The notes under the pieces: model-generated
Database searches by the model: none
Seen by the model: the letters and a program-made list of their open reading frames with translations, nothing else
What the model was told of the DNA's origin: nothing
Translations under genes and position numbers: made by a program
DNA from: Octopus vulgaris
Taxonomy: Eukaryota
Direction: 5' to 3'
Assembly: GCA_951406725.2 (NCBI GenBank)
Contig: OX597831.1
Span: 7,378,001 to 7,442,000 of the forward strand
Length of the DNA stretch: 64,000 bases
Shown: positions 1 to 11,806 of the stretch, piece by piece
How positions within the stretch are numbered: position 1 is the stretch's first letter
Layout of the letters: the number at the start of each line of letters is the position of its first letter

Positions 1-1571
1 AAGGAATGGTTTTGCTGGTTTTTGATGAGGATAAGGAAAGAAAAAGGGACAATTGCTAACATAACTACAGATCTTCCCCACCACCCTTCCCTGACTTTTG
101 TTTCTTTATAATTTTGTATATTTTTTCAAAGAAATTTTCCAGAGAGATATTTTAGATAAAGATTATGTCAGAATTTGTTGGGAAATTGTTTTCAAAGAAA
201 TGGAGAGGAGTTTCAATAATTCACACACCTTAATTTGTTTCTCATAACTTTCTGAAAAATGGGAAATTTTTGATAAAATTTTCTACAAATACATTTCAGA
301 TGGATTATGATTTTGTTGGAATTAAACATGTAAAATGAATTGAAACGGAACTGGATCATTCTAACACCTTGATTTTGTTTCCTCATGCATTTGAAGGAAT
401 GGTTTTGCTGGTTTTTGATGAGGATAAGGAAAGAAAAAGGGACGATTGCTAACATAACTACAGAGCATCCCCACCACCCTTCCCTGACTTTTGTTTCTTT
501 ATAATTTTGTATATTTTTTCAAAGAAATTTTCCAGAGAGATATTTTAGATAAAGATTATGTCAGAATTTGTTGGGAAATTGTTTTCAAAGAAATGGAGAG
601 GAGTTTCAATAATTCACACACCTTAATTTGTTTCTCATAACTTTCTGAAAAATGGAAAATTTTTGATAAAATTTTCTACAAATACATTTCAGATGGATTA
701 TGATTTTGTTGGAATTAAACATGTAAAATGAATTGAAACGGAACTGGATCATTCTAACACCTTGATTTTGTTTCCTCATGCATTTGAAGGAATGGTTTTG
801 CTGGTTTTTGATGAGGATAAGGAAAGGAAAAGGGACAATTGCTAACATAACTACAGATCTTCCCCACCACCCTTCCCTGACTTTTGTTTCTTTATAATTT
901 TGTATATTTTTTCAAAGAAATTTTCCAGAGAGATATTTTAGATAAAGATTATGTCAGAATTTGTTGGGAAATTGTTTTCAAAGAAATGGAGAGGAGTTTC
1001 AATAATTCACACACCTTAATTTGTTTCTCATAACTTTCTGAAAAATGGGAAATTTTTGATAAAATTTTCTACAAATACATTTCAGATGGATTATGATTTT
1101 GTTGGAATTAAACATGTAAAATGAATTGAAACGGAACTGGATCATTCTAACACCTTGATTTTGTTTCCTCATGCATTTGAAGGAATGGTTTTGCTGGTTT
1201 TTGATGAGGATAAGGAAAGAAAAAGGGACAATTGCTAACATAACTACAGAGCATCCCCACCACCCTTCCCTGACTTTTGTTTCTTTATAATTTTGTATAT
1301 TTTTTCAAAGAAATTTTCCAGAGAGATATTTTAGATAAAGATTATGTCAGAATTTGTTGGGAAATTGTTTTCAAAGAAATGGAGAGGAGTTTCAATAATT
1401 CACACACCTTAATTTGTTTCTCATAACTTTCTGAAAAATGGAAAATTTTTGATAAAATTTTCTACAAATACATTTCAGATGGATTATGATTTTGTTGGAA
1501 TTAAACATGTAAAATGAATTGAAACGGAACTGGATCATTCTAACACCTTGATTTTGTTTCCTCATGCATTT
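1..1571. repeat. 393-bp tandem repeat, about 4 copies visible (runs off the left edge), probably intronic in CFAP58
   Basis: The unit restarts at 1, 394, 787 and 1180 (aaggaatggttttgctgg). Near-identical minus-strand ORFs recur every 393 bp. Confidence 0.97.
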
Positions 1572-1716
1572 TAATGAGGTGGAGAAATTACACATACATG
1601 CACGCATATACACACACACACACATATACACACACACACCAACACACACACACACACATACACCTATTTTTTACACCCAAATCCAACATAATCATAATTT
1701 ACACCATCTGAAACAT

Positions 1717-2150
1717 CTCTCTATATATAAACGGCAAAATGTCTGTCTGTGTGTGTATCCTTTATACAAATCCACAATTATTCAGTTAGAGGGCTCACAC
1801 TTTCTATGGTCATTCAAAACTGTCCAAGGGTGGTTGTGCACATCTTTACATTTCCCCAGTCACCCCACAAAGCCATTAAAAAATCAATAGAAGTGACGTT
1901 TTGTGAATTTTCTATCCAAAACCCAATCAAAATGCCCAAAACTTGATACGCCAATTGAATGCCAGCTAGCTGTATGTGATTGGTCGGAGATTTGGACAGT
2001 ACTCGCATGTATGTGCGCATGCACGCAGCTGTATATGCATGCAATGGCACTATGACCTGGCATTGCTGGGTCATAGTGCTAGTGTTTGTTGAAATTCTTA
2101 TTAAAAAAATATCCATTTTTCAGAAAGTTATGAAGACACACAAATTTGGT
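1717..2150 (+). mobile_element. Non-autonomous Helitron-like element fragment
   Basis: Begins TCTCTATATATAAACGGCAAAATGTCTGTCTG, resembling animal non-autonomous Helitron 5' ends. It shares the cataactttctgaaaaatgga motif (inverted, near 2100-2147) with the 393-bp repeat. Confidence 0.5.
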
Positions 2151-2713
2151 TGGGGGGCAGGAGAGACACATCTGTCGTTATTCCCGATTGCCTTCATCTG
2201 TGTCTGTTCTAGGAAGTTCCTTTCATGAAGCAAGCCTGGGCAAGTTTATGTTTTATGAAAGGCCATCAGATGCCCCTGCAGACAGCCACCCACTTCCATG
2301 TCCACGATGTTGTCTAAAGAAATGAAAATGGTTCTTACAATTTGGCACCAATGTTATAGCAGACAAAATCAGAATGAAAAGAGCTGGAATTGGTAACATA
2401 AGGCATTTTGTCCAATGTGTTAGCAATCCTGCCAACCAACCAACCATCCTGAATAAATTCTAGATTTTATCAATTCCTAAAGTATGAAAAATAAAACTGA
2501 CCCCTGCAAGATTTGAACTCAGAATGTTCAAAGATAGAATAAATAATGCATGGCAGTTCATCTGACGTTTTTGGGACTCTACATAAACTAAGTTATAATC
2601 CAATAGTTGTCTCGAAATATTTCTGACATGTTTTAAATCATTATACATTTGATATAATGTTTATCATGTAATATCTACATATTATAATATTTGTTATATA
2701 TTTGATGTATCAG

Positions 2714-2825
2714 ACAAGAAGTATACGACACACAGAAGGAACTTCTACGGGAACGGACTCGTTGTAAAGCTCTTGAAGAAGAACTTGAGAATCCTCTGAA
2801 TATTCATCGATGGCGGAAACTTGAG
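2714..2825 (+). CDS. CFAP58: CFAP58 (CCDC147) internal exon: QEVYDTQKELLRERTRCKALEEELENPLNIHRWRKLE
   Basis: AG acceptor at 2712-2713 and GT donor at 2826. The ERTRCKALEEELENPLNIHRWRKLE motif is characteristic of CFAP58. Phase 0 end joins the next exon in frame. Confidence 0.95.
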
Positions 2826-2959
2826 GTAAAGAAGTTTAATGCGTATTATACATTTTCGTTATATTTTTATTATGTTGGCATTGTATCCTGCACTTGTTCT
2901 CAGTCTAGGACACAATACATTCACATGAATAATATTTGCTAACAAGTAAGGCTTTGCTG

Positions 2960-3200
2960 GGATCTTTTCAGTTTTGATCGGCAGTTTTTTAAAATAATTT
3001 CCACGTAACTAAACACTTTTAAACTTCGTATACTGGTAGAATGTATTTATAAAACATCTTTTTCTCTTGGCTTTATTGAGAAAATTCTATAGTTTGTAAG
3101 ATATTTGTTGTTTTTTTCTTCAATTTCTGCAATTTCAACCAATCAATGATGTCTATTGAGGTGAAAACATTCTGTGCCGTATGAATATGTCCCTCGTTTA
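2960..3200 (-). mobile_element. Truncated copy of the MITE at 44112-44540
   Basis: Reverse complement of about 44298-44540, starting at the ggatcttttc terminal repeat. Confidence 0.85.
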
Positions 3201-3501
3201 TGTATTGGTTTATGTATTTCACTGTTTGATTTGCCTAATAGTGGTTTTATCTCTAATATAATTTATATTTATACTGTGAAATTTGATTTAATCCTAAATC
3301 TAATTGTTCCCTGTAAATTTGGATTTACTCCCTAATATTATTATTATATGTATATATATATATTTATGTGTATGTGTATATATATATATATATAAATAAA
3401 TAAATAAATAAATATATATACATATTTATATATGTATGTATGTATATTTCTATTGGATATCTTTGATATTCAATAACTTTGATGACTATTTTTATACAAG
3501 A

Positions 3502-3533
<32 letters not shown>

Positions 3534-3830
3534 TGTAACTTGTGTTGAAGCAATGTAGTCAAGTACGTATGGCATTGAACTTAGGTTTCTGGGGAAGTTA
3601 GCGTCTTACCGTTGTCCATTCATTTCTAGTTCTTTTTCTCGGCTGCCAAACACTACAGAAACTGAAGCTGAGCATCCTCCCCCATTTTATGAATGAACTT
3701 GACCATTAAGTTATGTCAGACAGGTATTTAGATATTATGTCCTTCCATAGTTTATTCAACAGGTTATCAGGTATCACCAAAGAATTAGTGAACTATTAAG
3801 AATTGATTTCATTTGTATCTTCTGTTACAG

Positions 3831-4055
3831 AGCAGTGACCCAACTATGTATAAAATGATCCAACGAACACACACCCTGCAGAAACGGTTAATCAAAAAGA
3901 CTGAAGAAGTGGTCGAGAAGGAACTTTTAATCCAAGAAAAAGAGAAGCTTTATATTGAGCTGAAACATATCTTAGCTCGACAGCCGGGGCCAGAAGTAGC
4001 TGAACAGCTTTCTATTTATCAACAAACTTTTAAAAGCAAGGTCAAACAAATGAAG
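3831..4055 (+). CDS. CFAP58: CFAP58 internal exon: SSDPTMYKMIQRTHTLQKRLIKKTEEVVEKELLIQEKEKLYIELKHILARQPGPEVAEQLSIYQQTFKSKVKQMK
   Basis: ttacag acceptor ends at 3830. LQKRLI-KTEEVVEKELL-QEKEKLY-ELK--LARQPGPE is a CFAP58 signature. The donor is probably AAG|gcaaga (GC). Confidence 0.93.
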
Positions 4056-4247
4056 GCAAGAACCATAATACTTATACACAAATAATTCGATTTTCTCAAC
4101 ACTAGATTTCAAAAGACAATAGGCAAGGTATTTTATTTACGAATGTTTGGTCTTCAGTCATGAATGCTGCTGACCTCTTGCATATGGGTTCAAACTCTTC
4201 TACAGTGTACCTGGAAAGCGTAGTATCTAGCCTGTTTATTCTCATTT

Positions 4248-4614
4248 AAGGTGTTGAATTGGTGGATGTTGTTGGAGTGTGGGATGGGATTCCTTGCAAT
4301 ATTTGTTGTAACTCATTGCACTCCGAGTTCAAACCTTGCCAAAGTCAACTTTGTCTTTTGTCCCTTCGGGTTCAATAAAAAAGTACCAATCTAAGGTGTT
4401 GGATTGGCAGGACTGTTAAATGATTGGGAGAGATACCTGGTAGTGTTTTCCCAGTTCTTTGTGTTCTAATAGCAACACCTGTAATGATGCTGGTACCAAT
4501 CTGCATTGGTCTAAGTTGGCAGTATTTTCCTTGGATAAGCTTTGTTGGCATGGAGAGGAGCATCTGCCAGCTTCCTTGAAAAAATCTTGCTCAAGCTTGC
4601 CTAAAACACACACA
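4248..4614 (+). repeat. About 367-bp segment duplicated at 6341-6707
   Basis: Direct, near-identical match from aaggtg(t/c)tgaattggtgg to cctaaaacacacaca. Confidence 0.95.
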
Positions 4615-4789
4615 GATGCAACGCTGTCATTGACTGATGGAGGCCCTACACATTCATGTTGAACACATTCATTGTTTGATTGTTATCCTCCATCTTTATT
4701 TTCTGGTTTGAAACTGTTGCAGGTCACATGATTATATTGAAAATCCCTCTCAGATTACAAACTTGATACAAAATTAATCCTTAATCTAT

Positions 4790-5008
4790 TTTCCACTTGT
4801 TTTCAGATGACTTTTTTCTAAGATACACATGTCCTTAGATCACTTGATTTATTCAAAATATTGTGCAACATTAAATTCTAATTATTTAAATGAATTTCAC
4901 GAATTTGCTAGAAAAATATTTACAAATCTTTGTTGAAATTTTTGATAATTCTTTTCAAAATATAGACAGTTCACTTTTTAATTTAATACAAATTATTGTG
5001 ATAAACAT
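4790..5008 (+). repeat. AT-rich dispersed repeat, diverged second copy at about 54189-54698
   Basis: Colinear similarity from ttttcca(c/g)ttgt..tcagatg to aaattattgtga(t/c)aaaca. Confidence 0.7.
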
Positions 5009-5274
5009 ATACTACAACATAATTTTCAAGTGAAAAAAGGCAGCGGAGGAGCAGAATTGGTGGAGAATCAAGCAAAATGATTTGCTATATTTAATCAGAT
5101 CTTTATGCTTTGAGTTCAAATCCCACCAATGCCAATCTTGCTTTTCATCTCTCCAGCATTGATAAAATAAAATAAAAGTCAAGCATTGGGGGTTGATCTA
5201 ATCAAGTAATGCTCTTCCCCAAATTTCAGACCTTGGGCCTATGTTAGAAGTAGTTTGCAATGAAACAGTTTCAT

Positions 5275-5550
5275 GTCCATCATTGTTCGACCGTGGTCGA
5301 GACAATGGAATTTACTATGTTACGCCAGACCTCACGGTCCATCATAGCATTACGGAGGACCCGTTGCTGGATGCCTGTATCCCTGGAGATTACATCAGGG
5401 TAGGAGAGTGTGTGCCCTCTGGTATCATGAGCAGAAGGCTTCCAGAGGAGAAGAGTAGAAATTACCTCATTTTCAGCTCTACAACAATGTCCAGCAAACT
5501 GAACTCTTCTACCTTTCACAAGAGATGATACAGGTGGTAGTTTCCCAGGT
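5275..5550 (-). mobile_element. Non-LTR retrotransposon (RTE-like) 3' fragment
   Basis: Peptide RRVQFAGHCCRAENEVISTLLLWKP...DTG...AMMDREVWR resembles the RTE ORF C-terminus. Confidence 0.75.
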
Positions 5551-6286
5551 TCAATGTATGCAGCATCGGATCCTGCTACTGGTAAACTGTAAACCAGTAC
5601 AACCTGTGTCAGTTGGGTAGAAAGGGCTCCTTAGCCATAGTGAAAGCAATCTGTCTAGGGAGATAACCTTAGAATAAATCACTCAGTCCGTAGCTTAGAA
5701 ATACTGGGTTGACGTCCAGCAGGAATAGCTTTGTTTCATGGAGGAGGAAAGATCTTCTTTAGTTTCCTGTTAGTCATTCTAATATGGCCTCACACTGTCA
5801 CAGTTAACCCTTACATGACCACTCCTGGTCAAGTTTTATTGTGTTTGTCACTAAAGTATATCATGTCTGTAGTTCAAGGTTTATAGGTGTCTCCTAAGTG
5901 ATTTGTTGTGTACCTGTATGCTACAGCTTTATTACACAATAACACCAAGAGAAATATATTGTTGGACACAATAATTTGCATTACATTAAAAAAAAAGGTG
6001 ATTTAGCAGTAAAAAAAATTCTGTAAAATAAAACAAAACGTGCAAATATTTTTGTGGCTGATTCATCCAATCCAATGAAATAATTAGAAATGGAGGTGAC
6101 ATTGCATGACATTTTGAATAAATTGAATCACCTGAGGATATGTTTATATTAGAAGAGGCCATGTGAAGACAACCAGGAAATAAAGCAACAGAATCATCAC
6201 GATGTACTGACAACTTTTCCATTCTTGCATGGATCTGATGGAATTTGTTGAGGCAGATTTTCTATGGCTGGATGCCCTTCTTATTT

Positions 6287-6863
6287 CTTTCTTTATTGCC
6301 CACAAGGGGCTAAACATAGAGGGACAAACAAGGACAGACAAAGGTGCTGAATTGGTGGATGTTGTTGGAGTGTGGGATGGGATTCCTTGCAATATTTGTT
6401 GTAACTCATTGCACTCCGAGTTCAAACCTTGCCAAAGTCAACTTTGTCTTTTGTCCCTTCGGGTTCAATAAAAAAGTACCAATCTAAGGTGTTGGATTGG
6501 CAGGACTGTTAAATGATTGGGAGAGATACCTGGTAGTATTTTCCCAGTTCTTTGTGTTCTAATAGCAACACCTGTAATGATGCTGGTACCAATCTGCATT
6601 GGTCCAAGTTGGCAGTATTTTCCTTGGATATGCTTTGTTGGCATGGAGAGGAGCAACTGCCAGCTTCCTTGAAAAAATTTTGCCCAAGCTTGCCTAAAAC
6701 ACACACATCGACCTCAGTGTGTAACTGGTACTTAATTTATCGACCTCGAAAGGATGAAAGGCAAAGTCGACCTCAGCGGAATTTGAACTCAGAACGTAAC
6801 GGCAGACAAAATACTGCTAAGCATTTCGCCCGGCATGCTAATTTTTCTGCCAGCTCACTGCCT
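6287..6863 (-). mobile_element. tRNA-derived SINE (family A), interrupted by the 6341-6707 insertion
   Basis: Both flanks match the family A consensus seen at 58136-58365. Confidence 0.9.
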
Positions 6864-7267
6864 TCTTGTTACCCACCCTCACCTGTTTCCTAGCAAAGTA
6901 ATCTTTCCCCCATGGTGAGATATGTTTTCCATGAAAGACTGCAAACAAACACCACCACTCGTATGATGGTGATGTTCTTCATCGGACATCACATGATGTC
7001 AGACAACGGTACACCAAATCCTCTCATAAGGCTTTGGTTAATCCAGGGCTGTTGTAGATGACACTTGCCCTAAGTGTTGCACTGTGGGACTGAACCTGAA
7101 ACCACATGTTTGGGAAGCAAGCTTCTCAAACACAAACCTACACCTGATCCTATTGACGGAGAGATAATGGTCAACGAAAGTATTAGTACTTTAGAAGAAA
7201 GAAAAACCCCACTATTTTAAAAGTGTAGTTAGTTATGTTATTGTCTGGAGTTTTCCTGCATTTACAG

Positions 7268-7401
7268 GTGATGGCTTCTGAACTAACGATGTATGAATCC
7301 CAGGCAAGTGAAGATAAATATGAGAAAGAAAGGCTTGCAAGGGAGCTGCAGGAAGTGAAGAAGAAATATTTCCTTCAGAAAAAGAAAGAGGAGCAACAAA
7401 A
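7268..7401 (+). CDS. CFAP58: CFAP58 penultimate exon: VMASELTMYESQASEDKYEKERLARELQEVKKKYFLQKKKEEQQ
   Basis: tttacag acceptor and gtaagt donor at 7402 (phase 2). Matches the CFAP58 SELNMYE...KKKY..QKRKEQ region. Confidence 0.93.
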
Positions 7402-7417
7402 GTAAGTATGCTTGTTT

Positions 7418-7431
7418 TGTATGTGTGTGTG

Positions 7432-7472
<41 letters not shown>

Positions 7473-7562
7473 TTTGTATGTGCGGTATGGTGGCGGTGTT
7501 GTGTGTGTGTGTGTGTGTGTGTGGTGTGGTGGTGTGTGTGTTTGCATGTGTGGTGTGGTGGT

Positions 7563-7625
<63 letters not shown>

Positions 7626-7925
7626 ATGTGGTGTGGTGGTGTGTGTGTTTGTGTGTGTGGTGTGGTGGTGGTGTTGTGTGTGTATGTGCGTGTGTGTGTG
7701 TGTGCGTGTGTGTGTGTGTGCGTGTGTGTGTGGTGTGGTGTGTGTGTATGGTGTGGTGGTGTGCGTGTTTGCATGTGTGGTGTGGTGGTGGTGTTGTGTG
7801 TGTGTGCGTGTGTGTGTGTGTGTGTGTGGTGGTGTGTGCGTTTGTATGTGTGGTGTGGTGGTGGTGTTGTGTGTGTGTGCGCGTGTGTGTGTGTGCATGC
7901 GCGCATGTGTGTGTGCATGTGTGTG
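7418..7925. repeat. Complex (GT)n/(GTG)n microsatellite
   Basis: Seen directly. It is the source of the VC/HT-rich pseudo-ORFs. Confidence 0.95.
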
Positions 7926-7932
7926 TATATCT

Positions 7933-10010
7933 ATACCTGTTCAGGCCCAGATGAGGGAGTGCATTGTTGTACACCATGTCACCAAACACCCCACAGTCCT
8001 CTCCTCCTTCTCGTCAACAAGCATCGAGTTGGCTCAAACTTGTTGTCCAGGTCCTCACTAAGGTTCTGTTTCACATTGGGCCATTCCAATTTGCTGCCCA
8101 TTCCACTGTTGCATGCAGACAGCTTCAAGGAGCTACAGGTGAGAGCTGGGTGTCAGATGAGGACCAAGTCAGACACACCACCCTACCCAGATATCCTATG
8201 CACACCCTACTGGTTTCGGACAGCAAGTTGAGCCAACTCGATGCTGGTCCAAAGGGAGAGAAAGAGGACTGAGCAGTGTTCAGGGATGTGGTATACAACA
8301 CTGCATTCACTCATCTGGGTCAGAACAGGTGTAGCCACCAAGACTGGTTCAACGGCAACAATGAGGAAATTCAGAAGCTGCTTGATGTGAAGTATGAAGT
8401 CTACAGAATCTCTCAGCAGGACAGTACATTAGCTTCCATGAAAGCAGCCTACAACGCCACCAAAAGCAAAGTGCTGGCAAAGCTCAGAGAAATGAAGGAT
8501 TCTTGGCTCACTAACAAAGCAGATGAGGTACAGGAGTACGCTGACAGCAACAACTTCAAGCGCTTCTACGATGGTCCTCAAAGCCACCTATGGGCCACAG
8601 TCCTCCGGATCATTGCCGCTGCCCAGTGCTGACGGAACAACTCTCTTCACTGAGAAAAGCGCAATCCTGGAAAGGTGGGCAGAGCACTTTAACAACGTCC
8701 TGAGCAGGTTTTCCTCCCTCTATCAATACCGAGACCGTTGCTCGCATGTCCCAAGCTAACATGAACACTTCTCTGGCAGAGCCTCCAACAGAAGCAGAGC
8801 TCCAGAAAGCAATTAATCTTCTCTCATGAACATTGATGATGAAGTCGATACATGCATCACCAAGGGAAGCTCAACAGTCGGGCAGCTAAGTGAATCAGTG
8901 TGGGAGAGGCAAGACATTAGGCTGGCCGCCAAGTTGAAGATGTATCAAGCAGCTTGTACTGCTTACACTATAGTACTCCTGTGAGATTTGGACTGTTTAG
9001 GAACTCCTCGCCAAATAGCTCAACCACTTCCACATGAACTGCCTGAAAAAGCTATTAATTGTCACATGGCAAGATAAGGTCCCAGATACGGTGGTCCTCT
9101 CCAGAGCTGATCTGCCAAGCCTTGCTGAGGAGAGCACATTTCAGATAGGCAGGCTATCTGGTTTGAATACTTGACATGCAACTCCCTATGAGACTGTTTT
9201 ACAGCAAACTGGCAAAGGGCAAGCACCAAGCGCATGCGAGGTGGACAGAAAAGGCGCTTCGAGGATATACTCAAAATCTCACTGAAGGGCTTTGAGATCA
9301 ACCCCGACACCTGGGAAACGCAACCGCAAGACTGTCCTGCCTGGCGAAGCTGCTGTTGCTGTTGAGCGAAGCGGTCTTCGTCCCAGAGCTCGCAAAATCG
9401 CACCTCTGTAGTGGGAGAAGTCTGAAATGCAGTCCTTTGCTATTCGTAAGACCCGCAGAAGAGAAAGCAGGTCAACCCCCAACACCGAGAGCATCGACGG
9501 ATGGATGAATGCGCATCCAGGCTCAGCGGTTGCGTAGGAAGTCGGGGACAAGAAACAGGAAGAAAGAGTGAGAGAAAGTTGGAGCGAAAGAGTACATCTA
9601 AAGCTCCACGAGGCTCCGGCATGGGCCGGAGCCTCGTGGAGCTTTAGATGTTTTCGCTCAATAAACACACACAACACCCAGTCTGGGAATCGAAACCGCG
9701 ATCCTCTGACCGTGAGTCCGCTGCCCTAACCATTGGGCCATTGCGCCTCCACTGGCGAAGCTGCTCCAACAGAGGTATCACCTCTTACAAACAGAATAGG
9801 ACTGCAAAGACACAAAATAACGAACCACACAAAGTCCAGGGCCAACTCCTTGCCTTCAGTTCCAACAAATGACCAGTGCCCTCCAATCTATTAGAGAGCC
9901 TTCCAAGGACACATTGGACTGATCGATCGCAACCTGGCGGACTGTGCCCCGTTTTCTCCTCCCAGGTGTTGTCCTTGGTCATCCATCGACACCGACGGAC
10001 GAACTAATAA
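7933..10010 (+). mobile_element. Degenerate, internally deleted RTE-clade LINE with an inverted fragment at its 5' side
   Basis: Frameshifted peptides HQDWFNGNNEEIQKLL...KLREMKDSWLTNKADEVQEYAD...GPQSSGSLPLPSADGTTL...ILERWAEHFNNVL, LNHFHMNCLKKLL..TWQDKVPDTVVLSRA and RGGQKRRFEDILK. Confidence 0.9.
9355..9751 (-). mobile_element. Full-length tRNA-derived SINE (family D) inserted in the RTE
   Basis: A box (tggcccaatgg) and B box (ggtttcgattccc) on the minus strand. 14-bp TSD ctggcgaagctgct at 9341-9354 and 9752-9765. Confidence 0.92.
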
Positions 10011-10283
10011 GTATGTGTGTGTGTGTGTGGGGGTGGGTATATGTATCCGTGTGTGTGTGTATGTATGTATGTATGTATGTATCTCTGTGTACATATGTGC
10101 ATGTCTGTGTATGTGTGGTGTGTGTTTGTGTGGTGTGTGTACGTGTGTGTACGTGTGTGTGTGTGTGTATGTATCCGTGTGTATGTATACGCATGTGTGT
10201 ATGTGCATGTCAGTGTGAATATGTGTGTGGTGTGTGTGTGTGTGTATGTATATGTATATTTACTGCTTTATTCTTCTTTCCAG

Positions 10284-10404
10284 GGAACGGGAACACACAT
10301 TGGCTCAGAGTGGTCTACCTTCGATCTATCCTCACAAACAAACCGGAAGTCGATATACTGGGGGAGGATTTAATCTGAGGCCACCAGATAAGACTGCGGC
10401 TTAA
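10284..10404 (+). CDS. CFAP58: CFAP58 terminal coding exon: (K)EREHTLAQSGLPSIYPHKQTGSRYTGGGFNLRPPDKTAA*
   Basis: Polypyrimidine tract plus cag acceptor ending at 10283, phase-compatible with the previous exon. Carries the conserved C-terminal (F/Y)TGGGF motif. TAA at 10402-10404. Confidence 0.9.
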
Positions 10405-11409
10405 ACACAACTAAACACTGTGTACAGTTGTTTTTATTTTTGTGTGGCTGCTGTGATGAAAGTTATGTCCCTTTGTTTATATGTATTTGTGTATGCATGT
10501 GTGAGTGCACGACAATGTCTGTGCGTCCATGTGACATCCTCTGTTGCTGAGGTTCCTAGCTGAGCCGGTATCTCGAATTCCCTTGAACAAGTCCAGTCTG
10601 AACGGTAATTGACCCTTTAAGTAAATCAATGACGAAACCTAAAGGTCGAACTAGAAAATACAACGAAAATAAGTTATTTCCACGTTGAACTTATATTAAT
10701 TTCTAACATAATCACAGGAGTCATTTAAAAGAGAAGAAAAAATGTCGGTTATATCAACTTCCGTACTTGCCATAGAGGCTGACAGATTACCAGAATAGCC
10801 AGAAGATTGGATGCCTGACAGTATTTGTTGTGGCTCTTTATGTTCTGAGTTCAAATTCTTTCCAGGTGTACTCTGTCTTTCATCTTTCATATGTCTATGA
10901 AATAGAGTACCCGTCAAGTACCAGTGTCGACACAATCAACTATTTTCTCTCTCCAAATTTCTAGCCTTTTGCTCATGTAAGGAATTTGTAATGGCAAAAT
11001 TAATAAAACGCTGGGCAAAATGCCTGGCAGTTTTTATCAATGTCCCTTTATATTGTAATTTGAAGCCCCTCTTGTATTGATTTCTGTTCTCATCGTTCCG
11101 GTGTCGCTAAAATAACCACAAATCAAACAATAGCTGTGTTGCTATAACGAATTGTATTCCTTCCTTTAAAGGCAAACGAGCTGGCGGAAACATTAGCGTC
11201 TCAGACAAAACGCTCAGTGACATTTCTTTCAGCTTTCTTTTTTTATGTTCTAAGTTCAGATCCCATCGAGCTCAACTTTGCCTTTAATTCTTTCGGGGTC
11301 GATGTCAAATACTGGGGGTCAATGCAATCGATTTGCCCCCTCCCCTCAAAAACTGCTGGCCTGGAGATCAGTTAGAGACTCCACAAACTGAGGATCGTAC
11401 CGTCACGTG

Positions 11410-11442
<33 letters not shown>

Positions 11443-11582
11443 ATGATGTGCTTATACGTTTATCTACTTCTGTAAGTGTGAGAATAAAGCAAAACCTGTG
11501 AGATAATATGTATTTCGTTGCATGTCTATACGAACGAATATGGGTGTGAATTAATGCGAATCTGTGAGAGAATATGTGCTTG

Positions 11583-11624
<42 letters not shown>

Positions 11625-11738
11625 GCGAAATGTATCACGGCTGATATTACCAATCGGTTTCGCGCTAGGTGTACGTCGGAGTGTTATGTATTTATCTCTA
11701 TATATATGTGTATATATTTATCTCTCTCTATATATGTA

Positions 11739-11806
<68 letters not shown>

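Noticed and set aside
213-1655. Four repeated 80-87 aa minus-strand ORFs
   Set aside because: They are by-products of the 393-bp satellite, with no recognisable protein features.
7233-8231. Long His/Thr-rich and Cys/Val-rich ORFs (also near 10000, 26000, 32300, 46000, 52300 and 60000)
   Set aside because: They are translations of stop-free microsatellites.
9680-9751. tRNA-like sequences with A and B boxes (also near 16380-16452 and 51000-51069)
   Set aside because: They are SINE heads continuing into SINE bodies with TSDs or tails, not stand-alone tRNA genes.
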